A stretch of DNA of 32,000 bases from Candidatus Methanoperedens sp. (GCA_041494705.1 JBGQBI010000002.1:330001-362000), one strand, 5' to 3'. Shown: positions 10,160 to 18,427, counted from the stretch's first letter. The notes: generated by a model from the sequence alone, not told the origin. A program made the numbers and translations.

Positions 10160-10345
10160 TTTTATGAAAAAAAACCGCAGATAAACGCAGATGAACGCAG
10201 ATTTGTTAATAGGGTATATTTACGATTAGTTAATGGTTTCACACCGCCGCATCGACAAAGAACACAGATGACACGGATTGGACGGATTTTCACGGATATT
10301 TTTAATCCGTGCGCATCTGTGTCATCCGTGAAATCCGTGTTCTAT
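10160..10345. repeat. intergenic palindromic word-repeat element (MITE/REP-like) inside the glutamate synthase operon
   Basis: Three 10-nt-phased copies of CGCAGAT (10176, 10186, 10196). Three 10-nt-phased copies of ACGGAT (about 10273..10297). An imperfect 38-nt inverted repeat (10260..10297 vs 10305..10342) matches 28/38 by hand alignment. Its core is the perfect hairpin cacggat-N7-atccgtg. Confidence 0.6.
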
Positions 10346-10368
10346 CACATTGATGGATGTGGTGCTTA

Positions 10369-11097
10369 ATGAGAATTGACGCAAAAGGCATGCACTACAG
10401 GCCATTGAATAAGATTATCCGCGACGCTATCGTATCGGGTGAAAAGGAGTTCGAACTTGATAACATAGGCGGGCAGAGGTACATTGGCGCCGGAATAAAT
10501 GAAAGTGTTAAGATTACCATTAACGGCACGCCGGGAAACGACCTCGGGGTTTTCATGAATGGGCCGAAAATAATCGTTAATGCGAACGCCCAGGACGGTA
10601 TCGCGAATACCATGAATGCAGGTGAGATTATCGTTCACGGGAATGTCGGCGATATTATCGGGTACGGTATGCGCGGCGGGAAGTTGTACATCAAGGGAGA
10701 TGCAGGCTACCGTGTCGGCATCCATATGAAGGAGTACAAGAAACAGGTTCCTATCATAATAGCAGGCGGGACTGCTGGCGACTTTTTTGGCGAATACATG
10801 GCTGGCGGCATAATGATACTGCTCGGCATGAACGGAAAGAGTCCGCTTGTGGGCGATTACGTCGGTACGGGCATGCACGGCGGCGTGATATATATCCGCG
10901 GGAAGGTTGACCCCTTCAACCTCGGAAAAGAGGTTAGCTGCCTTGAGTTGGGCGAGGAGGATATGAAGCTCATTGGGTCATACCTGAAAGAATATTGTGA
11001 ATATTTCGGGTTTGATTATGATGAAGTTATGAGCGGGAAGTTCACGAAGCTTGTGCCGCTGTCGATTAGGCCGTATGGAAATTTGTATGTGTATTAG
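10369..11097 (+). CDS. glutamate synthase GXGXG-repeat domain protein (GltB domain 3 / FwdC-like beta-helix)
   Basis: Repeated G-x-G-x-G turns (GNVGDIIGYGMRGGKLYIKGDAGYRVG; GGTAGDFFGEYMAGGIMILLG; GTGMHGGVIYIRG). The ORF opens at 10357, but the Met at 10369 (MRIDAKGMHY) is preferred. Confidence 0.85.
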   Translation: MRIDAKGMHYRPLNKIIRDAIVSGEKEFELDNIGGQRYIGAGINESVKITINGTPGNDLGVFMNGPKIIVNANAQDGIANTMNAGEIIVHGNVGDIIGYGMRGGKLYIKGDAGYRVGIHMKEYKKQVPIIIAGGTAGDFFGEYMAGGIMILLGMNGKSPLVGDYVGTGMHGGVIYIRGKVDPFNLGKEVSCLELGEEDMKLIGSYLKEYCEYFGFDYDEVMSGKFTKLVPLSIRPYGNLYVY

Positions 11098-11109
11098 AAA
11101 TGGGTCTGT

Positions 11110-11595
11110 CTAGCGAAACGTTTCTTTATTTTTTGTGACTTTACTTTTCAAAACCCTCCCGTGCTCATCAATCTCCCCTCTCTTGATGCGCGTACTGGAT
11201 ATCGGTAAACCGTCATCTGCAAGAACATAATCCACCAGCACGATTTCTATTTGCCCCAACTTTTTCTCCCCACGTATCTTGTTTATCTTCAATCCGGCAG
11301 GAAGCGTCTCCGGGGATACAACAAGATAATCAAAATCATCACGTATTGTCGGGCCGTACGGGTTTTCAAGCCTCACAATTACAGGAGCTATCCCCTGCTT
11401 TTGGATAAATCGCATGACTTCATCGTAGCGCGACTGGTAATCAACTACTTCATGAACCTTGTTCCTTGCCAATGAATCCGAGGTCAGCCCGACAAGTAAC
11501 TCACCATTGCGGCTCAATTCAACAGCTTTCATCAACAGGGCTTTATGACCGTCATGAAGTGGGTCAAAAGTCCCTCCAACTGCTACACGCGCCAT
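11110..11595 (-). CDS. coaD: archaeal phosphopantetheine adenylyltransferase (cytidylyltransferase fold)
   Basis: 161 aa. VAVGGTFDPLHDGHKALL (HxGH nucleotidyltransferase motif) and ISSTRIKRGEID near the C-terminus. Confidence 0.8.
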   Translation of the reverse strand: MARVAVGGTFDPLHDGHKALLMKAVELSRNGELLVGLTSDSLARNKVHEVVDYQSRYDEVMRFIQKQGIAPVIVRLENPYGPTIRDDFDYLVVSPETLPAGLKINKIRGEKKLGQIEIVLVDYVLADDGLPISSTRIKRGEIDEHGRVLKSKVTKNKETFR

Positions 11596-11660
11596 ATTCG
11601 CAAAATTGAACTGGCAAACGATAAGAGTATCTTTTAATATCTCTTATGCGATTTTAGGGG

Positions 11661-11700
11661 GTATGATAAATATCATACGACAGGTATGCAAAGCATACCT
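11661..11700. promoter_or_regulatory. two adjacent perfect palindromes in the coaD/lysK divergent intergenic region (candidate operator overlapping a TATA-like box)
   Basis: GTATGATA-AA-TATCATAC (11661..11678) and AGGTATGC-AAA-GCATACCT (11682..11700). The first contains ATAAATAT about 55-65 nt upstream of the lysK ATG. SD-like GAGGTG at 11716..11721. Confidence 0.3.
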
Positions 11701-11729
11701 GAACACCGCATAAAGCGAGGTGTCGGTTT

Positions 11730-13238
11730 ATGGCAGACGAAACAATACACTGGGCAGATGTTATAGCAGAAAACGTACTTGCACGGGGAAAAAAGCATAC
11801 AGTAGCCTCAGGCATCACCCCGTCAGGTCCTATCCACATTGGCAATATGAGAGAAGTGGTCACGGCAGATGCGGTTTACAGGGCGCTTTCGGACAAGGGC
11901 GCCGATGTGCGCTTGATATACATCGCGGATACCCTTGACCCCCTGCGTAAAGTCTATCCTTTCCTTTCAAAAGATTACGAAGACCATGTGGGAAAGCCGC
12001 TGTCTGAAATCCCATGCCCCTGCGGCGGTCATAAAAGTTATTCCGAACATTTCCTTCTCCCTTTTATTGATGCGCTTCATACTCTGGGTATTAAGCCCCA
12101 TGTTTACAGGGCGGATGAACTCTATAGAGAGGGAAAATATGTTGAAGCGATAAAAAAAGCCCTGCTCAACAGGGATGCCATAGCCCGAATCCTCACAGAG
12201 GTTTCAGGGCGTGAACTTGAACCAGACTGGAGCCCTTTCAATCCCATATGCAACGAATGTGGGCGCCTGAGTATGACGAAAGTGACCGGGTTTGATGTTG
12301 ATAAAGAAACAATCGATTATGTCTGTAAATGCGGCTCTCAGGGTACTGTGTCCATGAAAGGTGGCGGAAAACTCAACTGGCGCGTTGACTGGCCTGCACG
12401 GTGGCCTATATTCGGGACAACGGTTGAGCCGTTCGGCAAAGACCATGCCACAGCAGGCGGTTCATACGATACGGGAAAGCGGATTGCCCGCGAGATATAC
12501 GATTACGAGCCACCGTACCCGATAGTGTATGAGTGGATAATGCTGAAAGGCAAAGGCGCCATGCACTCGTCCACGGGTCTTGCGATATCGATAAATGAAA
12601 TGCTTGAAATAGTGCCGCCTGAGGTCCTGCGCTACCTGATTATAAGGCAAAAGCCTGAAAAACATATTGAATTCGATCCCGGACTTGCTTTCCTCAACCT
12701 TATTGATGAGTACGACCAGGTGGAAGGGGATAAAAGGGCGTACCAGCTTTCGAAGACCGAAGGCACGGAACCTTCCAAGATTCCATTCAGGCACATGGTG
12801 ACAGCCGTACAAATCGCCGATGAGCGGGGTTTTGATTACCTGCTTACTGTTTTGAAGCGCACCGATTACGATACCTCGGATGTGGCTGCGATAAGGCAGA
12901 GAGCGAATAATGCAAGGAACTGGCTCCTGAAATATGCGCCCGAGTTTGTGAAGTTCAAAGTGCAGGAGACGATTCCGCCGCAGGTAAAGAGTTTCACGAA
13001 AGAACAGAAGCTTGCACTTACCATCCTTGCTGATGAGCTTGAGCAGGGCATGACCGGGCAGGAAATCCATGATAATATGTATAAGGTGGCAGAGGAAGCG
13101 GGACTTGACGGGAAGAAGGTTTTCGAGACTGTGTATCAGGCGCTTCTGGGGCTCAAGTCGGGGCCAAGGGCGGGGCATTTTTTGGCGTCGCTTGATAAGG
13201 ATTTCGTGGTGAAGAGATTTAAAGAGGCGAGCCTGTAA
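11730..13238 (+). CDS. lysK: class I lysyl-tRNA synthetase
   Basis: 502 aa. The HIGN signature ([15 protein letters not shown]) and a KMSxS-like loop ([11 protein letters not shown]) are typical of archaeal class I LysRS. Confidence 0.92.
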   Translation: MADETIHWADVIAENVLARGKKHTVASGITPSGPIHIGNMREVVTADAVYRALSDKGADVRLIYIADTLDPLRKVYPFLSKDYEDHVGKPLSEIPCPCGGHKSYSEHFLLPFIDALHTLGIKPHVYRADELYREGKYVEAIKKALLNRDAIARILTEVSGRELEPDWSPFNPICNECGRLSMTKVTGFDVDKETIDYVCKCGSQGTVSMKGGGKLNWRVDWPARWPIFGTTVEPFGKDHATAGGSYDTGKRIAREIYDYEPPYPIVYEWIMLKGKGAMHSSTGLAISINEMLEIVPPEVLRYLIIRQKPEKHIEFDPGLAFLNLIDEYDQVEGDKRAYQLSKTEGTEPSKIPFRHMVTAVQIADERGFDYLLTVLKRTDYDTSDVAAIRQRANNARNWLLKYAPEFVKFKVQETIPPQVKSFTKEQKLALTILADELEQGMTGQEIHDNMYKVAEEAGLDGKKVFETVYQALLGLKSGPRAGHFLASLDKDFVVKRFKEASL

Positions 13239-13262
13239 AAAAGGACAATTATAGCTTGAGCG

Positions 13263-13640
13263 TTATTTCCTCAGCACTTCAAACAGCATAAAAATCCCGA
13301 TAATCAGCAATACAGCGGCCCATCTCGAAAAATCGGGAAGCGCATAATATTCCGTCGCACCAAACAGCAAACCCAGAGCGCCAAGCCCGATGGTGAACTT
13401 GCTGATATTGAGCTTCCAGACAATCCGCAGAAGGTTCAACAATAGCAGAATCCCGCCTGTGCCTGCATATATGAGCGCCCATTTATCAATTTTATACAGG
13501 CTTTCAAGAATCCAGCTTCCACCTATGAGTATGAAAAATAAAGCCCACGAGAATTTAATAAGTTTCAGGTTCAGCATATGCTTCGCAAGGAGAGCCTTTT
13601 CGTCCATCACGACTTCTACTTTTACCATGTGGCTTCCCAA
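13263..13640 (-). CDS. small integral membrane protein (about 4 TM helices), unknown function
   Basis: Hydrophobic segments FSWALFFILIGGSWIL, WALIYAGTGGILLLLNLL, FTIGLGALGLLFGA, WAAVLLIIGIFMLF. Start uncertain (several in-frame Met). Confidence 0.5.
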   Translation of the reverse strand: MGSHMVKVEVVMDEKALLAKHMLNLKLIKFSWALFFILIGGSWILESLYKIDKWALIYAGTGGILLLLNLLRIVWKLNISKFTIGLGALGLLFGATEYYALPDFSRWAAVLLIIGIFMLFEVLRK

Positions 13641-13735
13641 TATGCGGCTTGGAGTTTAAATATTACCCTATTAATCCATATTTCAATGCATAACATTGAT
13701 AAGAAGTTAGATTCATTTACGGCGCTGGTGATATT

Positions 13736-13978
13736 ATGAGTGAATGTTTCCTTTGCCATACTGCTCTTGAACCCGTGAATGATGCCGAAATAGAAGGCGT
13801 CGAACTATGCGTTGACTGCTGCGAAAACATGGATGCAGTTGTAAGAGATTACCTGACCTCAAGTCCCGGAGGTTTGGAACTTGTTGTTGATATAATTGCA
13901 GAAGACCTCTCAAACCCTGAAAGCAAGTTGAGAGATAGCCTCAAAGATGTTATCAAAGAAGTGATGTCAGAAAAGTAA
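13736..13978 (+). CDS. small acidic Cys-rich hypothetical protein (CxxC...CxxCC)
   Basis: 80-aa ORF with CFLCH...CVDCC, possibly a zinc ribbon. No family recognised. Confidence 0.35.
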   Translation: MSECFLCHTALEPVNDAEIEGVELCVDCCENMDAVVRDYLTSSPGGLELVVDIIAEDLSNPESKLRDSLKDVIKEVMSEK

Positions 13979-14192
13979 AATCTTTACATTCAGACGGTGT
14001 AGAACATCCTGCCGATAAGCATTACTATCAAAAATATTATAACTATAAGTAAGCCGATAATAATATCGTCTTTCTCAAAATTTATGTCTTTCATTTTGTA
14101 ATCACCAGGACTTCTATTCTTTTTTTATGGTATATATACTCACCCAAATAATAATTTTATAAAAAGTTAAAAATGAGGAGCTAATCCTTTAT

Positions 14193-15983
14193 TCATTCTT
14201 TTTTATACCTGTTTTTAGCAATGCTGACCATATCTCTCGGGATGGAATGTTTGTTAATCGCCAGATGATTTTCAATTATCTTTAATTCGTTCTGGTAAGA
14301 GGAAGCGATTAATCCCGCATATTCCAGGCCATCGCTGGTCAGGACATACTCATATCGCTGCTGCCACCTGCCCTTTTTTTCAAAATAACGCAGGTCTTCA
14401 TCCACCATTCCCATCGCCACAAGAAGCTGGATATCCTCAAAAAGCTTATCACTGTATGGGAAACCGTAGCGGTTATGGAACTTATAATCGAATAGATTGC
14501 GCAGCCTGTCTATTTTTTCAAATTCCCTCACAAGGCGGTATATCAGGTTAATATTACGAAGCCTTGGCATAGTTATTCTTCCTTCCGCTTCCCTGCTGAA
14601 CATCCTGTGCGCGCTGTAGAAAATAAGAAGAAGACCTTCTATGGGCAGATTGTTCTCATTCCTGATAAAGTGCAAAAGTTTCGGGGACAGGCTCTCGATA
14701 CCGAGCAGGAAATCGTGTGACGCCTGGGAGAGTGTGGAATCATCCTCATGCCTTGAAAAAATGCACAGCGATATCTGGCGCGAAATCGCCCTGACAAGAC
14801 CGTTAGCAAGAGCCGATTCGTCATAGAAAAATCCTTCTTCTTCACCGAGTTTCACCCGGGTGCTTTTGGGGATTCCGCCTGCAACATCAAGGTCTATGAG
14901 CACAGGAGCGCCGTACTTTTTCGCAAAACGCTTTGCAAGCTCATCTTCAAACATCTTCCTGGCAACGCCATTCCTGGCAATGGTTGAAAGCGCCATTCTT
15001 GTCAATGGATTGAGGTTTTTGTGGGTAAAACGCGCAACTGCGTTGCAGATATAACCGTTTCGCAAGTTTAATAGCAGTTTTTTGGAATTCTCATCGCCAT
15101 TTGATTCTATAAAATTCAAAAGGTCGCTGTCTATGTATGAAGTGAAGAATATCTCCATAATTGTTTTGACATCGTTCCCCGATTTCTCATATAAGCCAAG
15201 CGCCTTCTCAAGAGCATGGAGAAGCATCACTCTTGCTCCCTGCGTTTTCGGATTATGGATTATAGCGGAATAATGATGCGCCCTTGCAATCAGCATGGAT
15301 TCAGCGGCTGTGAGCGCCATATCCTCATCGTAACTCTCTGAACCCCCGAGTATTACCCTGCCGTTGTGTAGCGACATGCTTCCGATAATCTGGTCAAGGT
15401 CCACAAGCCCGAGAGAGACGCCCGTGTGATATGAATCGCGAAGCAGGAAATCAATCCTGTCAGCGTCTATGTCGTTTGAGATAATCTGCGCAAGATAGGG
15501 TTTTGAAACCGCATCAACCTCGCCAATTGCCATTTGGGCAATCTCTTCAAAGAACGGCGCACCTGCATGCGCTGCAATTTCAGGCTTTGTATGGAATGAA
15601 TTTGATATGATGTATTTCGTGAACATCTCGTGGTTCAGGAAATTCTTCCCATTGATTACGGGCTGGTATAACGGGTTTCTTTTAAGGACGCTTTCCACGA
15701 CATGCGAGAATGCGCAGTGCCCGACATCATGGAGAAGGGCTGCCATCCTGATTTTTACTATTTCCTCCTGCGATAGCCCCAGCGCCTTTGCCATCTTATC
15801 TGCGATGAACAGCGTCCCCACGCTGTGCTCAAAACGCGTATGGTTGGCGCCTGGAAAAGCAAGGTCAGCAAGACCGAGCTGCTGGATGCGACGAAGGCGC
15901 GCCATCTCCGGAGTGTTTATTACGAGCTGCTCAAGCTCGCTTATTTCCACACGACGATAGATGGGGTCTATGATTGAGGGCAT
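14193..15983 (-). CDS. HD-domain phosphohydrolase, SAMHD1/COG1078-like, with a ~200-aa C-terminal extension
   Basis: 596 aa. Metal-binding constellation RFEHSVGT ... LLHDVGHCAFSH ... DADRIDFLLRDSYHTGV. No family recognised for the C-terminal third. Confidence 0.85.
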   Translation of the reverse strand: MPSIIDPIYRRVEISELEQLVINTPEMARLRRIQQLGLADLAFPGANHTRFEHSVGTLFIADKMAKALGLSQEEIVKIRMAALLHDVGHCAFSHVVESVLKRNPLYQPVINGKNFLNHEMFTKYIISNSFHTKPEIAAHAGAPFFEEIAQMAIGEVDAVSKPYLAQIISNDIDADRIDFLLRDSYHTGVSLGLVDLDQIIGSMSLHNGRVILGGSESYDEDMALTAAESMLIARAHHYSAIIHNPKTQGARVMLLHALEKALGLYEKSGNDVKTIMEIFFTSYIDSDLLNFIESNGDENSKKLLLNLRNGYICNAVARFTHKNLNPLTRMALSTIARNGVARKMFEDELAKRFAKKYGAPVLIDLDVAGGIPKSTRVKLGEEEGFFYDESALANGLVRAISRQISLCIFSRHEDDSTLSQASHDFLLGIESLSPKLLHFIRNENNLPIEGLLLIFYSAHRMFSREAEGRITMPRLRNINLIYRLVREFEKIDRLRNLFDYKFHNRYGFPYSDKLFEDIQLLVAMGMVDEDLRYFEKKGRWQQRYEYVLTSDGLEYAGLIASSYQNELKIIENHLAINKHSIPRDMVSIAKNRYKKE

Positions 15984-16048
15984 GATGATATTAGATTGGA
16001 TTGGGGAAGTATTAAAATGAATCTGTAACTAAAATATAATATGCTATC

Positions 16049-16390
16049 TTAGATTATCCGTATCCCCTTTTTGATAGCTTCACTAACTATGCTTATCTGT
16101 TCCTTTTTCCGTGCAAACTCATCTGGAGTGTAGCATAAGACATCCACAACTTCGGCTTTCCTGTCGCTTAATAAACCGATGGACTCAATAAACCTGAACA
16201 TCCTTTTTGTGAACTTTATATCCGAGAATTTATTAGATATTACAATAAGGTCGATATCACTGTATTCACCCGGACTGCCGTATGCCCTTGACCCCCAGAG
16301 CCACATCTCATCAGGTTCATATACAGACTTAATCTTAGCGAGATATTTATTCAAAAAGTAGGATACCTTTTCATCGAATGCCATATACAA
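16049..16390 (-). CDS. minimal nucleotidyltransferase (MNT/Pol-beta superfamily), no adjacent HEPN partner
   Basis: 113 aa. GSRAYGSPGEYSDIDLIV is the G-S ... D-x-D NTase motif. The gene is AT-rich (about 30-40% GC on hand-counted lines). Confidence 0.75.
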   Translation of the reverse strand: MYMAFDEKVSYFLNKYLAKIKSVYEPDEMWLWGSRAYGSPGEYSDIDLIVISNKFSDIKFTKRMFRFIESIGLLSDRKAEVVDVLCYTPDEFARKKEQISIVSEAIKKGIRII

Positions 16391-16434
16391 TCCTTAGATT
16401 TTGAAATCATCTGGAAATCAATTTTTTAGAGAGA

Positions 16435-16773
16435 TTATTCATTTAATTTTCTTAACTCGATAGGTTTCTTTCCCCTGAATTCTATTAAATTCTTCTGAAC
16501 CATAATTGCTGCAATCGCCGATGCATGGCGTGGAGTTAAAGGTGGAAAATTTTCTTGAATATATTTTCCCAAACCACCTTTTATCGGATCAGTCATACTA
16601 GCACCCAAAGGGTACCAAGTTTTAGAATCCTTAAAATAATTTTCCAAAATACTATCAATTAAATTGCCTGAGAGATTAAAATTGATTTTTCCCCAAAAAA
16701 CACGTTTTCCATCCCAAGAAATAGGTTGTCCTGAGCCACTTAAAGGATATAATATTTGTTTATCGGGCGTCAA
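16435..16773 (-). CDS. hypothetical protein, 112 aa, no recognised family
   Basis: Intact ORF, 44 nt upstream of the MNT gene on the same strand. Very AT-rich (hand counts of 22-43% GC per 60 nt). Confidence 0.5.
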   Translation of the reverse strand: MTPDKQILYPLSGSGQPISWDGKRVFWGKINFNLSGNLIDSILENYFKDSKTWYPLGASMTDPIKGGLGKYIQENFPPLTPRHASAIAAIMVQKNLIEFRGKKPIELRKLNE

Positions 16774-16811
16774 AATATCACTTCATTATGTTATGGATAT
16801 AATTTTGAGTG

Positions 16812-17128
16812 AGGAGAGTAAGCCCCTTTATGTTTAGCGCAAGGAGCGAGTGCCCCTGTAGCGCTTATGCAGCATTCAGCTATGCGCCGTACTCGGACAG
16901 GTCTGGACTGCCCTTTTAGTCCTATTTCGGCTTGCACCCGCGTGGATTCGCCGTTCCATCCGCATGCGCATGACCTCATTCTTACAAAATCATCGCCTAA
17001 CTGCGCAGCGGTATCGTTTCTGTTCCAGAGCCAGGATTCTCACCCTATGCCCTTAACAGGCATCCGCGGTCCAGAAGGTGAGGGGACTTTCCTCAGCGTT
17101 ACCGCCGGAAGCCGCCCTTCCTCTCTCG
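16812..17128 (-). ncRNA. rnpB: RNase P RNA, archaeal type A
   Basis: The minus strand carries the universal CR-I GAGGAAAGUCC (rc of 17084..17094). It also carries the CR-V-like ACAUAAAGGGGCUUAC (rc of 16818..16833). 5' GAGAGGAAG and 3' CUUACUCUC can form P1 with one mismatch. Length ~315 nt. Ends are approximate (+/-10 nt). Confidence 0.85.
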
Positions 17129-17145
17129 CATCTTATTCAGCGTGT

Positions 17146-17156
17146 TATATTTTATA
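17146..17156 (-). promoter_or_regulatory. TATA box candidate for the RNase P RNA gene
   Basis: Minus strand reads TATAAAATATA about 20-30 nt upstream of the inferred RNA 5' end. It abuts the acylphosphatase stop codon. Confidence 0.4.
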
Positions 17157-17157
17157 C

Positions 17158-17433
17158 TTACCGCCGCAGCAGGAATCCTGAAAACTCTCCCTTATACGCT
17201 TCAGGTATCACTTCCACGCCTGTCACTCTTGCATATTCCGGTCCTTTCCTGCACCACTCTACCATTTTTTCAACCTTTCCCTCTTCCCCCTCAAAGACAG
17301 CCTCGACCCTTCCATCCTGCAGATTCCTCACCCAGCCTGAAAGACCGAGTTCATCCGCCTCATCCTTCGTGCTTGTCCGGAAGAATACCCCCTGTACCTT
17401 CCCGGAAACAAAAACATGAACCCTGGCGTTCAT
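17158..17433 (-). CDS. acyP: acylphosphatase
   Basis: 91 aa. VSGKVQGVFFRTSTKDEADELGLSGWVRNLQDGRVE matches the acylphosphatase signatures (V-x-G-x-V-Q-G-V-x-F-R; G-W-V-x-N). Confidence 0.9.
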   Translation of the reverse strand: MNARVHVFVSGKVQGVFFRTSTKDEADELGLSGWVRNLQDGRVEAVFEGEEGKVEKMVEWCRKGPEYARVTGVEVIPEAYKGEFSGFLLRR

Positions 17434-17470
17434 TTCCTAATAGGGTTTTAAAATAAAAAAGATGACCGGG

Positions 17471-18427
17471 CTATAGAAGCCCCGATCTCTGAAGCAGCAT
17501 CAAATCCTCAGTATTCAGTTTCTCGCCAAGCTTGAACTGGTTATAAACTTCTTCGGCTTCCTTCTTGGCCTGCTCCCTGATGGATTCATCCTTGCTGTCT
17601 TTTGTCTTTCTCTTCAATCCGATTATTACTTTATTGAGTTCACGGATTTCCTTCTGGGTCTGGATGAATAACCTGTGCTGCTCATCCGCTGCTTCCTGGG
17701 CTTTCACAAATTCCTTGTGCGCCGCATCTGAATCCGCCCGCACAGCATCAGCTTCCTTAAAAATCACAATCATCTTATCATGATGCTGCTGCGCTGCGTC
17801 TGCATACTCTTTGACTTTATTATGATGTACTAAAGCTTCATCACGCAGGGATTGGGCTTTTTCAAGTAATGATTTTAATTCTGTATTTCCTTCAAGCTGT
17901 TGTTTTCTTTGTTTCAGCTCGTCGGTCAATGTAGCGATGTTATCAACAAGTTCCCGCTCTTTTGCAGGGGTCATTACCTCTGTCTGCTGCTTAAACTCAA
18001 GAGCATCGATTTGTCTTTTTAATTCTTTAAGTGATGGCCCGTCGCCAAGATTCATACCCTTTCGGATCTTATCGAGTTCGGCGTAAATTTTGTTGGCATC
18101 ATCATTCAATTCATCGCGTTTGAGTTTTGCCTCGGCAACTTTTTCGTTATTCTCATCGCGAAGCTTTTTAAGTTGTTGCGCCTCGTCAATCAACTCTTTT
18201 GTGCGCTTATTTAAATCGTTTCTCTTGCTGGCGCATTTACTTGCTTCCAGGTTGAATTCATTTCTTTTGTTCTTATTCTCTTCCGACTTATCTTTCAAGT
18301 CCGCTTTTCTATCCTGTAACTCATTTAACAACCTATAGTCCTCCTTTTCCAACACCAGTTGGGGGTTATGCATTTCATAATGCACTGTACATATCCCGGC
18401 TAACCCGGAACAGCCTTTCGGCATCAT
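17471..18427 (-). CDS. archaeal coiled-coil protein (COG1340-like)
   Basis: Lys/Glu-rich heptad-like sequence throughout. Start uncertain: the Met at 18373 (MHNPQLVLEK) is an alternative to 18427. Confidence 0.7.
   Translation of the reverse strand: MMPKGCSGLAGICTVHYEMHNPQLVLEKEDYRLLNELQDRKADLKDKSEENKNKRNEFNLEASKCASKRNDLNKRTKELIDEAQQLKKLRDENNEKVAEAKLKRDELNDDANKIYAELDKIRKGMNLGDGPSLKELKRQIDALEFKQQTEVMTPAKERELVDNIATLTDELKQRKQQLEGNTELKSLLEKAQSLRDEALVHHNKVKEYADAAQQHHDKMIVIFKEADAVRADSDAAHKEFVKAQEAADEQHRLFIQTQKEIRELNKVIIGLKRKTKDSKDESIREQAKKEAEEVYNQFKLGEKLNTEDLMLLQRSGLL

Noticed and set aside
10142-10369. 75-aa ORF (MIRMSNFYEKKPQINADERRF...)
   Set aside because: It lies entirely on the palindromic word-repeat element. 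Its peptide mirrors the nucleotide repeats (for example CGCAGAT x3 gives INADERRF). It has no SD or plausible start context. Treated as a translation artefact of a repeat.
14174-16824. Possible att-like direct repeat: tgaggagctaatcc (14174..14187) vs tgaggagagtaagcc at the RNase P RNA 3' end (16810..16824), bracketing the HD-MNT-unknown block
   Set aside because: Only a 7-nt exact core, with about 12/15 identity after a gap. No integrase is present, and the HD gene has native-looking composition. Too weak to call an integration scar without comparative data.
16791-17456. Four ORFs: 16791..16979(-), 16867..17181(+), 17078..17419(+), 17142..17456(+)
   Set aside because: They overlap the RNase P RNA gene or run antisense to the well-supported acylphosphatase gene. 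Their Pro/Ser/Arg-rich, low-complexity translations are typical of non-coding frames.
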